DNA of 52,123 nt from Patescibacteria group bacterium (lineage in GTDB: Bacteria > Patescibacteriota > Minisyncoccia > Phycocordibacterales > WO2-35-19): contig JBBTQO010000013.1 of the NCBI GenBank assembly GCA_038065655.1, positions 1-52,123 of the forward strand, in the 5' to 3' direction. The notes below the pieces were generated by a model. That model was not told where the DNA came from, ran no database searches, and saw only the letters and a program-made list of their open reading frames with translations. Of the stretch, positions 10,589 through 20,759 are shown piece after piece. A program made the translations under genes and the position numbers. Numbering within the stretch: position 1 is the stretch's first letter; each line of letters starts with the position of its first letter.

Positions 10589-11725
10589 ATGAAGCTTGCA
10601 ATTATTTCTACAACCATATATGGCGAAAAAGGGTATCTTCTCTATGACCGCTTAGCGAAGAAGAGTAAATTTGACAAAATTAGTTTTTTTATTGCAGGTG
10701 ATAAAAAGTCGCCACCTTTTGATACTTCAGCCTTTACTTGCGACATCGAATATTTAACCCCCAAAGCGCAGGGACGCTTTGCCTCGAGCGAAGCAATCGG
10801 ATGGAATAAGCCTGCACGACGCAATATCGCCCTCTTGCGTGCCATGGAGACAAACCCGGATTTTATACTCACAATCGATGATGACAACATCCCAAGTGAG
10901 AATTATTTTGATCAGTGGCATAAAGTAATTACTACTCCAGCAAAAAAACATGTAATAGGAGTCAAGGATATCGAACACGCGCACTGGCATAACTACCTAA
11001 AAGCCACAGACTCTGAGATTGAACTGTATACTCGAGGGTTCCCTATCCCATTTCGATACAAGGACTCAACCAAGGTTGTAAAAGCGCCACACTCTATATC
11101 TCCAGAAAAAATCGGAGTCTTCCAGGGTATTTCTCTTGGCGATCCAGATATTGATGCAAAAACGCGCATCGTCTATCCCAAACAAACACCTCTCTCTGTC
11201 GTCCATGAAAAAAATTATGTTCTCCAACATATATGGTCTCCCTATAACTCACAAAACACGATGTTCGCAAAAAAACTCTTCCCGCTCGTCTTTATGTGGT
11301 CAACCGCAGGCAGATCTGAAGACATTTATGCGTCCTATGTGTGGCAAAAGTTCCTGTTCAATAACAATATGTATGCGCATATTGGCGATGCAGTAAATTT
11401 TCAAGAGCGTGGTAAAAGAAACGATTTGCGTGACCTAACTCTTGAAATAGAGACCTATCTAAAATCGCACGAGGTATGGGAAGAAATTAACAAGATTGAA
11501 GAAAAAGACCCGCTTGAATTCATAGGTGCGCTAATCCGTTCGGAGCACGAGATTATTGTTCGTGAAAGGGCTTTTATGCATGCTTTTCATAATGATTTAG
11601 AGCGTATCCTCTTTAAACCTGTTGCTTTGAGGGAACGGCATAACGAGCTACACCCTCAAGTATCGAGTCGAGGTCGTCGCGCAGTTCCCAGCCGAGCAAC
11701 TCTTTCGAATCAGAAGAGTCGGTAG
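10589..11725 (+). CDS. STELLO/DUF288-like (GT75/RGP-related) putative glycosyltransferase
   Basis: RRNIALL, IDDDN, RGFP, GDPDIDA, NSQNT, GRSEDIYASY motifs. Confidence 0.65.
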   Translation: MKLAIISTTIYGEKGYLLYDRLAKKSKFDKISFFIAGDKKSPPFDTSAFTCDIEYLTPKAQGRFASSEAIGWNKPARRNIALLRAMETNPDFILTIDDDNIPSENYFDQWHKVITTPAKKHVIGVKDIEHAHWHNYLKATDSEIELYTRGFPIPFRYKDSTKVVKAPHSISPEKIGVFQGISLGDPDIDAKTRIVYPKQTPLSVVHEKNYVLQHIWSPYNSQNTMFAKKLFPLVFMWSTAGRSEDIYASYVWQKFLFNNNMYAHIGDAVNFQERGKRNDLRDLTLEIETYLKSHEVWEEINKIEEKDPLEFIGALIRSEHEIIVRERAFMHAFHNDLERILFKPVALRERHNELHPQVSSRGRRAVPSRATLSNQKSR

Positions 11726-12506
11726 TTAAGGAGAATGTCTGGACTGTTTTTGGCACATAGACTATCTTCCCCCCAAATTTCTTCACTACTTTCTCTGCCA
11801 AATCTTGCATTGAAATACGGTTTCCGGTAAGAAAAAATGGGTGGTACCCTCTCTCCGCCGTGGCACTCCACTCGACTGCTCTCCAAATACCGCGAGCCAC
11901 ATCAGCCACCGAGACATATTCGCGTTCGTGGAGCCCGTCCCCGAAAAGCTGAATTTCTTTACCTGATAAAATGTCTTGAACAAACTTAATTGGAGGGGTG
12001 GGTATTTTAGTGCCCTCCCCGACTACTATTGGAGGCCGGAGTACCACAATAGACATGTCTGTTTCTTGTTTAGCAAATTGCTGGAGTGCATATTCTGCCG
12101 CGGCCTTCGAAGCGCTGTATGGATGCTTCGGGGCAAATACAGAGAAGCGTCCATGGTGCTCGCCTTTTTTGTTTTCACCGTGGACAACGGTGGAACTTGT
12201 GAAAATGTAGCTCTTAGCCCCCGCCTCATGTGCCGCATATGCAACATTCAAGCTCCCCATGGTATTCGTTTTAAACATTTCTCGTACCGGAAGAGATAAA
12301 AGAAGCGTTCCTAACAAGGCCGAGAGATTGACGACCATATCCGGTTTAATTTCTTTAAGCTTCTCCGTGAACGATTCGGGTTTCCGAACATCTGCGTCGG
12401 GACGATTAAATAAAAAAATCTCATGTCCTCTAGGAGCAATTCGCACGAATGTTTTGCCGATGAATCCTCTGGCTCCGAATACTGCCACGCGCACATTTTT
12501 AGACAT
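11613..12506 (-). CDS. NAD-dependent nucleotide-sugar epimerase/dehydratase/reductase (extended SDR)
   Basis: GARGFIG, YSASK, GDGLHEREYVSV; start at 12506 lies 6 nt after TGgTATAAT. Confidence 0.85.
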   Translation of the reverse strand: MSKNVRVAVFGARGFIGKTFVRIAPRGHEIFLFNRPDADVRKPESFTEKLKEIKPDMVVNLSALLGTLLLSLPVREMFKTNTMGSLNVAYAAHEAGAKSYIFTSSTVVHGENKKGEHHGRFSVFAPKHPYSASKAAAEYALQQFAKQETDMSIVVLRPPIVVGEGTKIPTPPIKFVQDILSGKEIQLFGDGLHEREYVSVADVARGIWRAVEWSATAERGYHPFFLTGNRISMQDLAEKVVKKFGGKIVYVPKTVQTFSLTTDSSDSKELLGWELRDDLDSILEGVARYAVPSKQQV

Positions 12507-12559
12507 TCTTGAATTATACCACAAAAAGAGATGGGACAGTTTTTGCTCAAAATGTTAAG

Positions 12560-13510
12560 ATGCAGATTATGAATTATATATCTGAATGGGCAACAGCACG
12601 TCCAGGGGACCCAACAAGGTTTTTTCATTTTGAAAGATTTAATGATTTATACGGGGATTTTATTTTTATTGCCGGTATTTTTGACTTCGCCAAATTGGAT
12701 ACAATACCAAACTATAAAAAAGTTGTTTACTTTGATTTGGAAGAGCCAAATAGATTCTGTACTGCCATGAAAGAATTTAATAGGATACATCTTGAAAAAA
12801 GATTTTATAAAATATTATCAATATGTCCCTATACTACAAAATGGATTAATGAAAGAAATAATAATGATTCCCAAAAATTTGTATTTATCCCATTCAACGA
12901 AGAATTAATACCGGTGGTATTAGATAACAAAATATATGATATAAATTATTCTGGTCACATTCTCTCCAATGACATATCCAAACAAATTAGTTCTATCTTA
13001 AAATATAATTATAGATTCATATCACGTAGTAATGACCCGAGAGTTACAGATAGGAACGTATCTTACCGAGAAAAACTTGATATTATATCCAAAAGCAAAA
13101 TAACTCTCGTTCATAATTTGCTGTTTTTAAGAAAAGACCACATAAAAAATCTAAAGAAAATAAATTCTATAGACAAAAACCTTGCCTTTAAAAATGTTTT
13201 TAATAAACCTTTTTGGTCATTCTTTGGAAAATTAATACCGGCTCCTCAAATAAAAATGCGAACGTTTGAAGCGGCTTTCTGCAAATCATTAATACTATGC
13301 CGTAAGGACGATTTCAATGTGATAGAAAATTTTTTTGAAAAAGATAAGGAATTTATATATTACAAGGACAAAAAAGAACTGGAAATTATAATAAAAGATG
13401 TCTTATCTAATTACGATAAATATATACCGATTATAGAAAATGCTTTTAATAAAGCTATGAATAATTACACGACTAAAAAATTTGCCGAGAAATACTTATC
13501 ACAAATATAA
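12560..13510 (+). CDS. Putative glycosyltransferase (Glyco_trans_1_2/CgeB-like C-terminus)
   Basis: RTFEAAFCKSLIL...FFEKDKEFIYY; start uncertain (12560 or 12569). Confidence 0.55.
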   Translation: MQIMNYISEWATARPGDPTRFFHFERFNDLYGDFIFIAGIFDFAKLDTIPNYKKVVYFDLEEPNRFCTAMKEFNRIHLEKRFYKILSICPYTTKWINERNNNDSQKFVFIPFNEELIPVVLDNKIYDINYSGHILSNDISKQISSILKYNYRFISRSNDPRVTDRNVSYREKLDIISKSKITLVHNLLFLRKDHIKNLKKINSIDKNLAFKNVFNKPFWSFFGKLIPAPQIKMRTFEAAFCKSLILCRKDDFNVIENFFEKDKEFIYYKDKKELEIIIKDVLSNYDKYIPIIENAFNKAMNNYTTKKFAEKYLSQI

Positions 13511-13513
13511 AAA

Positions 13514-14251
13514 GTGGGTAAATATATGAAAATAAAAAAATTCTTTATTTTAAAAAATTACATAGATTTTTTAAAAAGTAAATTTAATAAAAGACCAAAT
13601 ATTAGTTATTCCCAATGTGGAGAGGATATAATAATTAGTTATATATTTCACTGTCTAAACATAGAAAAACCGACCTATCTTGATATAGGAGCCCATCATC
13701 CTTTTCATACAAGCAATACCGCCCTTCTTTATAAAAATGGGAGCAGTGGGGTTTGCATAGAACCACACCCAATTCTATTTAAATATATTCAAAAAAAAAG
13801 AAAGGCGGATATATGCTTGAATGTTGGTGTTGGCACAAATTCTGAAAAAAAAATATCTGATTTTTATATAATGTCTTCAAGCGGTTTAAGCACTTTTTCA
13901 AAAAGTGAGGCAGAAAGATTTTCTAAAAATGAAGGGCAAAAAATTGAATCGGTTATTAAAGTGCCCATTTTGCCTATAAATAAAATAATTTCCGAAAATT
14001 TTAAAGAAAGACCAAATTTTATATCAATAGATATAGAGGGTCTGGATTTTGAAGTTTTAAATAATTTTGATTTTAACAAATATCGTCCAGAAGTATTTTG
14101 TGTAGAAACATTAACATACACAAAATATACAAAAGAACAAAAATTAAATAACATAATAGAATTTATGAAAGAGAAAAATTATTTTGTTTATGCGGATACG
14201 TATATAAACACCATTTTTGTTGATAATAATTCATGGGAAAGAAAAAAATAG
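13514..14251 (+). CDS. FkbM family methyltransferase
   Basis: YSQCGED, YLDIGAHHP, IEP, SIDIEGLD, FCVE. Confidence 0.88.
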   Translation: MGKYMKIKKFFILKNYIDFLKSKFNKRPNISYSQCGEDIIISYIFHCLNIEKPTYLDIGAHHPFHTSNTALLYKNGSSGVCIEPHPILFKYIQKKRKADICLNVGVGTNSEKKISDFYIMSSSGLSTFSKSEAERFSKNEGQKIESVIKVPILPINKIISENFKERPNFISIDIEGLDFEVLNNFDFNKYRPEVFCVETLTYTKYTKEQKLNNIIEFMKEKNYFVYADTYINTIFVDNNSWERKK

Positions 14252-14270
14252 TAATTTATTATAAAAACAT

Positions 14271-15863
14271 ATGTATATAAAAATTCAATCTCTGGTTAAG
14301 AAACATTGTATAAAAATAAACGGCGTGGTGCATTTGGGCGCACATCAAGCAGAAGAGGCACCCGACTATCAGGAAGTGGGCGTCCCAAAAGTGATTTGGG
14401 TTGAAGGTAATCCGGAATTAATTCCAACTCTAGAAAAAAAATTAAAAGAATATCCTAATCAATTTGTTTATAACATATTGGTTTCAGACAGTGATAATCA
14501 AAAAATAAATTTTAATATTATGAATAATCTTCAATCTTCTTCAATCCTAGAATTAGGTACGCACAAAAAACATCACCCCAGCGTGAAAGTTCATCATACA
14601 CTTCCACTAAAAACGCACCGCCTAGATACTTTTTTTACAAATAATAATATAGACATTTCTGATTGTAATTTTCTAAACATTGATATTCAGGGGGCTGAAT
14701 TATTGGCAATAAAAGGTTTAGGAGATTATTTGCAGCACTTTGATTATATTTATACAGAAATAAATATAGGCAAAGTTTATAAAAATTGCCCGGTATTGTT
14801 TGAATTAGATACCTACTTGCATCAGCATGGCTTTATACGAGCAGAAACTTATCTGACACCGTGGCAGTGGGGTGATGCTTTTTATATAAAACAAAATTCA
14901 ACTTTTCTACAAAAAAAATGGAATCTGTTTTATGCATTATGCCTCCAATATTTATATCCATTTAAAAAAAATATCATTATTAAACTATATAGATTTTGTA
15001 GAAAAATATTGGGAAAAATTAAACGTTTATTTTTTAAAAAAAATATAATAATAAAAATTAGAGGAGGATTGGGCAATCAAATGTTTCAATATGCTTTTGG
15101 CAAGTCTATAGCCACACAAAGCAATAGTTCTCTTATTCTTGATTTAAGCAATTATAAGAGCTCTGTGAGAACTTTCTTAATAGATAAGTTTAATATTAAT
15201 TATGATTTTACTTTTTCAAGCACATCCTTATCTAGAATAATATTTTCTATCTTCAAATCTAGAGTATACACGGACAACAGTTCATGGGGAGAGGTATCTG
15301 AAATAATAGAGAGAAAAAACATTTTTTCTGGAAATTGGGAGTCTCCAAAACATTTTGCAAATATTGATGAATTAATAAAAAAAGAGTTTACTCTCAAAAA
15401 TTCTTCCAATCAATTCAAAAAAATGAGCGGGCAAATTCAAAAAAATTCCATCTCCGTCCATGTACGCAGAGGCGATTATCTAATTCCTCACGGAAAATAT
15501 CTAAATGGTATTGAATACTATGATTCAGCAGTAAAAAAAATACTTGAAATAAAAAATATTGAAAGTCCACAAATTACTATATTTTCGGATGACAAAGATT
15601 GGTGCAGAAGAGAAATGAGTGTTTTATCCGGCATAAAAACAGAAATATTTGATGTCCCAGAAATCGATGATGTCGAGGAACTTATGCTTATGTCCCAATA
15701 CAATCACAATGTTATATCCAATAGTACTTTCTCTTGGTGGTCCACCCATTTGAATAAAAACAGAGATAAAATTATAGTGGGCCCCAAAAATTGGTTTACC
15801 GATAAAGAAAGGAACAGAAAACAAATAGAAGATATTATGCTAGAATCCTGGGTACTAATATAA
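14271..15863 (+). CDS. Fusion: N-terminal FkbM methyltransferase plus C-terminal GT11 alpha-1,2-fucosyltransferase
   Basis: HLGAH, IDIQGAEL, YTEIN in the N-half; GGLGNQMFQYA, HVRRGDY, NSTFSWW in the C-half; one continuous ORF. Confidence 0.85.
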   Translation: MYIKIQSLVKKHCIKINGVVHLGAHQAEEAPDYQEVGVPKVIWVEGNPELIPTLEKKLKEYPNQFVYNILVSDSDNQKINFNIMNNLQSSSILELGTHKKHHPSVKVHHTLPLKTHRLDTFFTNNNIDISDCNFLNIDIQGAELLAIKGLGDYLQHFDYIYTEINIGKVYKNCPVLFELDTYLHQHGFIRAETYLTPWQWGDAFYIKQNSTFLQKKWNLFYALCLQYLYPFKKNIIIKLYRFCRKILGKIKRLFFKKNIIIKIRGGLGNQMFQYAFGKSIATQSNSSLILDLSNYKSSVRTFLIDKFNINYDFTFSSTSLSRIIFSIFKSRVYTDNSSWGEVSEIIERKNIFSGNWESPKHFANIDELIKKEFTLKNSSNQFKKMSGQIQKNSISVHVRRGDYLIPHGKYLNGIEYYDSAVKKILEIKNIESPQITIFSDDKDWCRREMSVLSGIKTEIFDVPEIDDVEELMLMSQYNHNVISNSTFSWWSTHLNKNRDKIIVGPKNWFTDKERNRKQIEDIMLESWVLI

Positions 15864-15876
15864 AAATTAAAATAAT

Positions 15877-16845
15877 ATGCAAAAAACAGCATTAGTTTGC
15901 GGAGCGGGAGGTTTTATAGGAAGTCATCTGGTTAAAAAACTTAAAAAAGAGAATTTTTGGGTTAGAGGTGTGGATCTCAAAAAGCCAGAGTATAGCGAAA
16001 GTGTGGCGGACGAATTTTTAGTCGGCGATTTGCGAGATCAAGAGGTGTGTAAAAAAATACTAGATAAGGCATATGACGAAGTCTACCAGCTAGCCGCTGA
16101 TATGGGAGGAGCTGGTTATATCTTTACGGGAGAACACGATGCTGATGTGATGCATAACTCCGCTACTATAAATCTCAATATTGCTTGTTACGGACAAAAG
16201 GCCAATATAAAGAAGATATTTTATTCTTCTTCTGCTTGCATATACCCCGCCCGCAACCAGACTGACCCAGAGAATCCAAACTGTAGCGAAGAATCCGCCT
16301 ACCCCGCTGACCCTGACAGCGAATACGGCTGGGAAAAATTGTTTAGTGAAAGATTATACCTTTCTTTTCATAGAAATTATAAAATGAATGTAAGAATTGC
16401 GAGATTTCATAATATTTTTGGTCCAGAAGGTACATGGCGCGGAGGCAAAGAGAAGGCACCCGCCGCCATTTGCAGGAAAGTAGCAGAAGCGAAAGAAGGA
16501 GGAGAAATAGAGATATGGGGAGATGGCGAACAAACACGTTCATTCCTCTATGTAGATGAGTGTCTTGAGGGAATACGCAGACTAATGGATTCAGATTTTA
16601 CGGGACCAGTAAACATAGGGTCAGAAGAGAGTATATCTATAAACAATTTAGCAAAAATGGCTATGGACATAGCAGGCAAAAAATTAAACATCAAACATAT
16701 TCTGGGACCCTTGGGAGTACGGGGAAGGAATTCTGACAACAGGCTTATAAAGGAGAAACTTGACTGGACTCCAGAGAAGTCACTCAAAGAAGGTATGACA
16801 AAAACTTATAAATGGATTGGGACACAAGTGATTAGTTCTAGATAA
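15877..16845 (+). CDS. GDP-mannose 3',5'-epimerase-like extended SDR (copy 2)
   Basis: Same signatures as 4486-5445; 50 of the first 59 aligned residues identical by hand count. Confidence 0.85.
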   Translation: MQKTALVCGAGGFIGSHLVKKLKKENFWVRGVDLKKPEYSESVADEFLVGDLRDQEVCKKILDKAYDEVYQLAADMGGAGYIFTGEHDADVMHNSATINLNIACYGQKANIKKIFYSSSACIYPARNQTDPENPNCSEESAYPADPDSEYGWEKLFSERLYLSFHRNYKMNVRIARFHNIFGPEGTWRGGKEKAPAAICRKVAEAKEGGEIEIWGDGEQTRSFLYVDECLEGIRRLMDSDFTGPVNIGSEESISINNLAKMAMDIAGKKLNIKHILGPLGVRGRNSDNRLIKEKLDWTPEKSLKEGMTKTYKWIGTQVISSR

Positions 16846-16847
16846 AA

Positions 16848-18554
16848 ATGAAAACTCCCCTACTATTTATAATATTCAATCGACCAGAACCGACCAGACG
16901 GGTTTTTGAAGAAATCAGAAAAGTTAAACCAGAAAAATTCTTTGTAGCGGCCGATGGCCCTAGGGCCGATCGACCAGAAGATGTAGAGAAGTGCAGACGA
17001 GCAAGAGAAGTTATAAAAAATATTGACTGGGCATGTGAAGTCAAAACTCTTTTCCAAGAAAAAAATCTGGGGTGCAAAATTGGCGCCACAACCGGAATAA
17101 CCTGGTTTTTTGATAATGTGGAAGAAGGAATCATACTTGAAGACGATTGCCTCCCCAGCCCATCATTTTTTAGATTTTGTGAAGAAATGCTCAATAAATA
17201 CAGAAATGAAGAAAAAGTGGTAATGGTGAGCGGATATAATATAGCTGGGGTTTATCAATCAAAATTTTCTTACATATTTTCAAAATACGGAGGATTGTGG
17301 GGTTGGGCTTCGTGGTGCAGGTCATGGAAACAATATGATGTATCAATGAAAGTTTGGGAGAGCAAGGAAAATCAAAATAAAATAAAAGACACCATAGGAG
17401 ACCGTCTGCAATGGAATTACAAGCAGAGACTTTACGAAGACACATTCCAAGGCAAAAAAGATACCTGGGACTATCAGTGGGAAACCCATAGACTGCTTCA
17501 CGGGCAGCTTTCGGTTCTTCCTTCAAAAAATTTAATTGAAAACTTGGGGTTTGGAGCAGATGCAACCCACACCACAGAGATAGAATCGCCACTAATAATC
17601 CCAACAGAACAGCTGGTTTTCCCTCTTGTTCATAACCCCGGACCGCTTGTGCCGGATGAGAAATATGACGCTCTCCTGCGCCCCAAATTCAAAGCCAGAA
17701 GCATACGGGCGAGCATGATTAAAAATCATATAGTAAATATTGCAAAAAAAATAACCCCACCGTTTATTTATGAGTTAAGCAAAAACATCATAAAGGGCAA
17801 AAAAATATACAGGCCGGTATGGAATACTATCTCTTATAAACCCATGAATGGTGTGAAAATATTTTTTGACCCGACCGGCTCTTGGCAAAGAAAGATGATG
17901 AACGGCGCTTATGATGCTTTTATTTTTGATACTCTCAAAACTATGGGGCCGGCCGGCAAAATAATTTTTGACATAGGTGCTCATATTGGTTTTCATTCTT
18001 TATATTTTGCCAAACTGGTCGGGGAAAGAGGAAAAGTGTATTCTTTTGAACCAAACCCCGCAAACTTTGAAAGGTTTAACCTGATATTGGATAAAAATAA
18101 GGATTTGAAAGAAAGAGTTAAAGTTTTCAATGTCGCCGTTTCAGACAAGACCAGTACGGAAAAATTTATGATTAATATGCAGGTCGAAAGTGGCAGAAGC
18201 ATGGGTAATTTCATAGAAAATGCGGACACTTTTTCTAATAGAGATGTATACACAGAAAAAGGATTTGTTGAGTCAAAAATAAAGACAATCCCAATAGATT
18301 CTTTTAAAGAAGAACTGGGAATAGAAGATTCTCCTGATATTATAAAAATAGATGTTGAGGGGGCGGAACATCTTCTTCTCCTCGGTGCAAAAAATACCCT
18401 TCTCACCAAAAAACCGGTTTTGTTTATAGAAATACACTCAATAATAAATATGTTCAATGTCATCTCTCTCTTGTATTCATTAAAATATGATTTGAAAATC
18501 TTGAAAAAAGAATCGACTGGCATTTGTTTTTTACAAGCCATCCCAATAAAATAA
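16848..18554 (+). CDS. Fusion: N-terminal GT-A nucleotide-diphosphosugar transferase plus C-terminal FkbM methyltransferase
   Basis: FNRPE.T, ADGPR, NLGC, ILEDDC, WGWASW, WDYQW; then DIGAHIG, FEPNP, KIDVEGAE. Confidence 0.8.
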   Translation: MKTPLLFIIFNRPEPTRRVFEEIRKVKPEKFFVAADGPRADRPEDVEKCRRAREVIKNIDWACEVKTLFQEKNLGCKIGATTGITWFFDNVEEGIILEDDCLPSPSFFRFCEEMLNKYRNEEKVVMVSGYNIAGVYQSKFSYIFSKYGGLWGWASWCRSWKQYDVSMKVWESKENQNKIKDTIGDRLQWNYKQRLYEDTFQGKKDTWDYQWETHRLLHGQLSVLPSKNLIENLGFGADATHTTEIESPLIIPTEQLVFPLVHNPGPLVPDEKYDALLRPKFKARSIRASMIKNHIVNIAKKITPPFIYELSKNIIKGKKIYRPVWNTISYKPMNGVKIFFDPTGSWQRKMMNGAYDAFIFDTLKTMGPAGKIIFDIGAHIGFHSLYFAKLVGERGKVYSFEPNPANFERFNLILDKNKDLKERVKVFNVAVSDKTSTEKFMINMQVESGRSMGNFIENADTFSNRDVYTEKGFVESKIKTIPIDSFKEELGIEDSPDIIKIDVEGAEHLLLLGAKNTLLTKKPVLFIEIHSIINMFNVISLLYSLKYDLKILKKESTGICFLQAIPIK

Positions 18555-18555
18555 A

Positions 18556-19665
18556 ATGCGTATTCTTTTTGATAACCAAATATTCTCTCACCAATCTTAT
18601 GGCGGAGTTATTAAATATTTTGAAGAACTACTAAGCAACCTGAGAAAGCGCAATAACCTTACAGTAAAAATCCCTAAGATATACCTGAGGAATGAAGCGA
18701 GTTTTTATATGAAAAATAAAAAGAATAATACCTTCCTTATATTTTATGCAAATAAAATTATAAATAAAATAAAGAGAGAAATAAAATTTATATTGGACAA
18801 AACAAGCAATGCGAGCCAGCTTAAAAAACAAGAATTTGATATATTCCACCCGACATACTACGACCCGTATTTTTTACCTTACCTGAAAGATAAGCCGTTT
18901 GTACTGACAATTTACGATATGATTCAGGAGAGGTTTCCTGAATATTTCGGGCAAAAAAATCAGACCGGTATGCAAAAGGCTCTGCTCGCAGAAAAAGCCT
19001 CTAAAATAATAGCTATCTCCCAAAACACAAAAAAGGATATTGTTAATATCCTTGGCGTTAAACCTGAGAAAATAGAAGTTATTTATCTGGCCACCACTCC
19101 GGAAAAAAATATGGAGCCAGTACCTGTACCCAATTTTTATATATTGTTTGTCGGAGGAAGGGGCAGATATAAAAATTTTTCCACCATGGCAAAAGCTTTT
19201 TCAAACTTATCCCAAAATTACCCCGACCTTTTTTTGGTCTGTACCGGCCACGACTTTAGCGAAGAGGAAAACAATATGCTGGCAGACCTCGGCATATCGT
19301 CAAAAAGCATCTCTATTACCGCAAATCCTCAACAATTGGCTTTTTTGTACTTCAATGCAAAAGTTTTTGTCTTTCCATCAAAATACGAGGGTTTTGGACT
19401 GCCTATTTTAGAAGCTTTTTCTTACAATTGCCCGGTTATATTAAGCAGGGCCAGTTGCTTTCCGGAAATTGCGGGAGAGGCGGCACTATATTTTGAAACC
19501 GAGAATTCTTTATCCTTAGAAAAAACAATAGAAATATTATTGAACGATAAAGAAATGCGAAAACAGTTAATACAAAAGGGGTTAGAAAGATTAAAATTTT
19601 TTTCTTGGAACACAACCACAAACAAGACACTATCTCTATACCAACGATGCTTAATAGCGAATTAG
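18556..19665 (+). CDS. GT4 glycosyltransferase (MtfB-like)
   Basis: HPTYY, TIYDMI, FPSKYEGFGLPILEA. Confidence 0.9.
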   Translation: MRILFDNQIFSHQSYGGVIKYFEELLSNLRKRNNLTVKIPKIYLRNEASFYMKNKKNNTFLIFYANKIINKIKREIKFILDKTSNASQLKKQEFDIFHPTYYDPYFLPYLKDKPFVLTIYDMIQERFPEYFGQKNQTGMQKALLAEKASKIIAISQNTKKDIVNILGVKPEKIEVIYLATTPEKNMEPVPVPNFYILFVGGRGRYKNFSTMAKAFSNLSQNYPDLFLVCTGHDFSEEENNMLADLGISSKSISITANPQQLAFLYFNAKVFVFPSKYEGFGLPILEAFSYNCPVILSRASCFPEIAGEAALYFETENSLSLEKTIEILLNDKEMRKQLIQKGLERLKFFSWNTTTNKTLSLYQRCLIAN

Positions 19666-19717
19666 TTCCTTCTCAAACCTTGAAATAAAATGATTTTTTA
19701 TGTAATATACTCATAAT

Positions 19718-20695
19718 ATGGCAAAAAAAGCTTTAATAACTGGTGTAACTGGTCAAGATGGTGCTTACTTGGCCCAATTTTTATTAAATAAAGGATATGA
19801 AGTTTTCGGGCTGGTAAGAAGGGCAGTAAATAGAAATTTTGAAAATTTAGAGTATTTAGGTATAGAGAATAAAATAGATTTAGTTGATGGAGATTTGACA
19901 GATGAAGCTTCGTTGATTAATGCGGTAAAAAGAATCTATCCGGATGAAATTTATAATTTAGCCGCCCAATCGTTTGTTGGCACTTCTTGGGATCAGCCAG
20001 TGGTAACTTGCGAAATAAATGGCATGGGTGTGTTGAAGTTGCTTAACGCAATAAAAATCTGTTGTCCTACGACAAAATTTTATCAGGCTTCAACTAGTGA
20101 AATGTTCGGTAATGTCAATACAAACGACACTCAAGGTGAAGAGACGCCTTTTCATCCTAGGAGCCCTTATGCTATCTCAAAACTTTTTGCCTATTGGATA
20201 ACTATTAATTACAGGGAGAGTAACAATATGTTTTGTTCTAACGGCATACTTTTTAATCACGAATCACCAATTAGGGGAAAAGAGTTTGTCTCTAGAAAAA
20301 TTACCGATGGTGTGGCTCGCATAAAACTTGGTTTAGCCAAAGAAATAAGATTGGGTAATTTAGATAGTCGCAGAGATTGGGGTTTTGCTGGAGACTATGT
20401 TGAAGCTATGTGGTTGATGTTGCAGCAAAAAAATCCAAATGATTTTATTATTTCCACAGGAAAAACGAATAGTATTAGGGATTTCCTGAATTTAGCTTTT
20501 AAGTGTGTTGGTATAAATGATTGGCAACCATATGTAAAAATAGACCCGCGATATAAAAGGCCGGCTGAATTGTTCACCTTGCAAGGAAAAAACAACAAAG
20601 CTAAAAAGATTTTGAACTGGAAACCGAAAGTATCTTTTGAGGAATTAGTTAAAATGATGGTTGTGGCCGATTTAAAAAGATTGAGCAAGAATTAA
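19718..20695 (+). CDS. gmd: GDP-mannose 4,6-dehydratase (second, divergent copy)
   Basis: ITGVTGQDGAYLA, AQSFV, YQASTSEMFG, SPYAISK, NHESPIRG.EFV. Confidence 0.93.
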   Translation: MAKKALITGVTGQDGAYLAQFLLNKGYEVFGLVRRAVNRNFENLEYLGIENKIDLVDGDLTDEASLINAVKRIYPDEIYNLAAQSFVGTSWDQPVVTCEINGMGVLKLLNAIKICCPTTKFYQASTSEMFGNVNTNDTQGEETPFHPRSPYAISKLFAYWITINYRESNNMFCSNGILFNHESPIRGKEFVSRKITDGVARIKLGLAKEIRLGNLDSRRDWGFAGDYVEAMWLMLQQKNPNDFIISTGKTNSIRDFLNLAFKCVGINDWQPYVKIDPRYKRPAELFTLQGKNNKAKKILNWKPKVSFEELVKMMVVADLKRLSKN

Positions 20696-20759
20696 GATAT
20701 TATGTCATATATATATTTTATGTTTTCCAAATTTATTATTTTTTAATCTCTTTTGTTTC

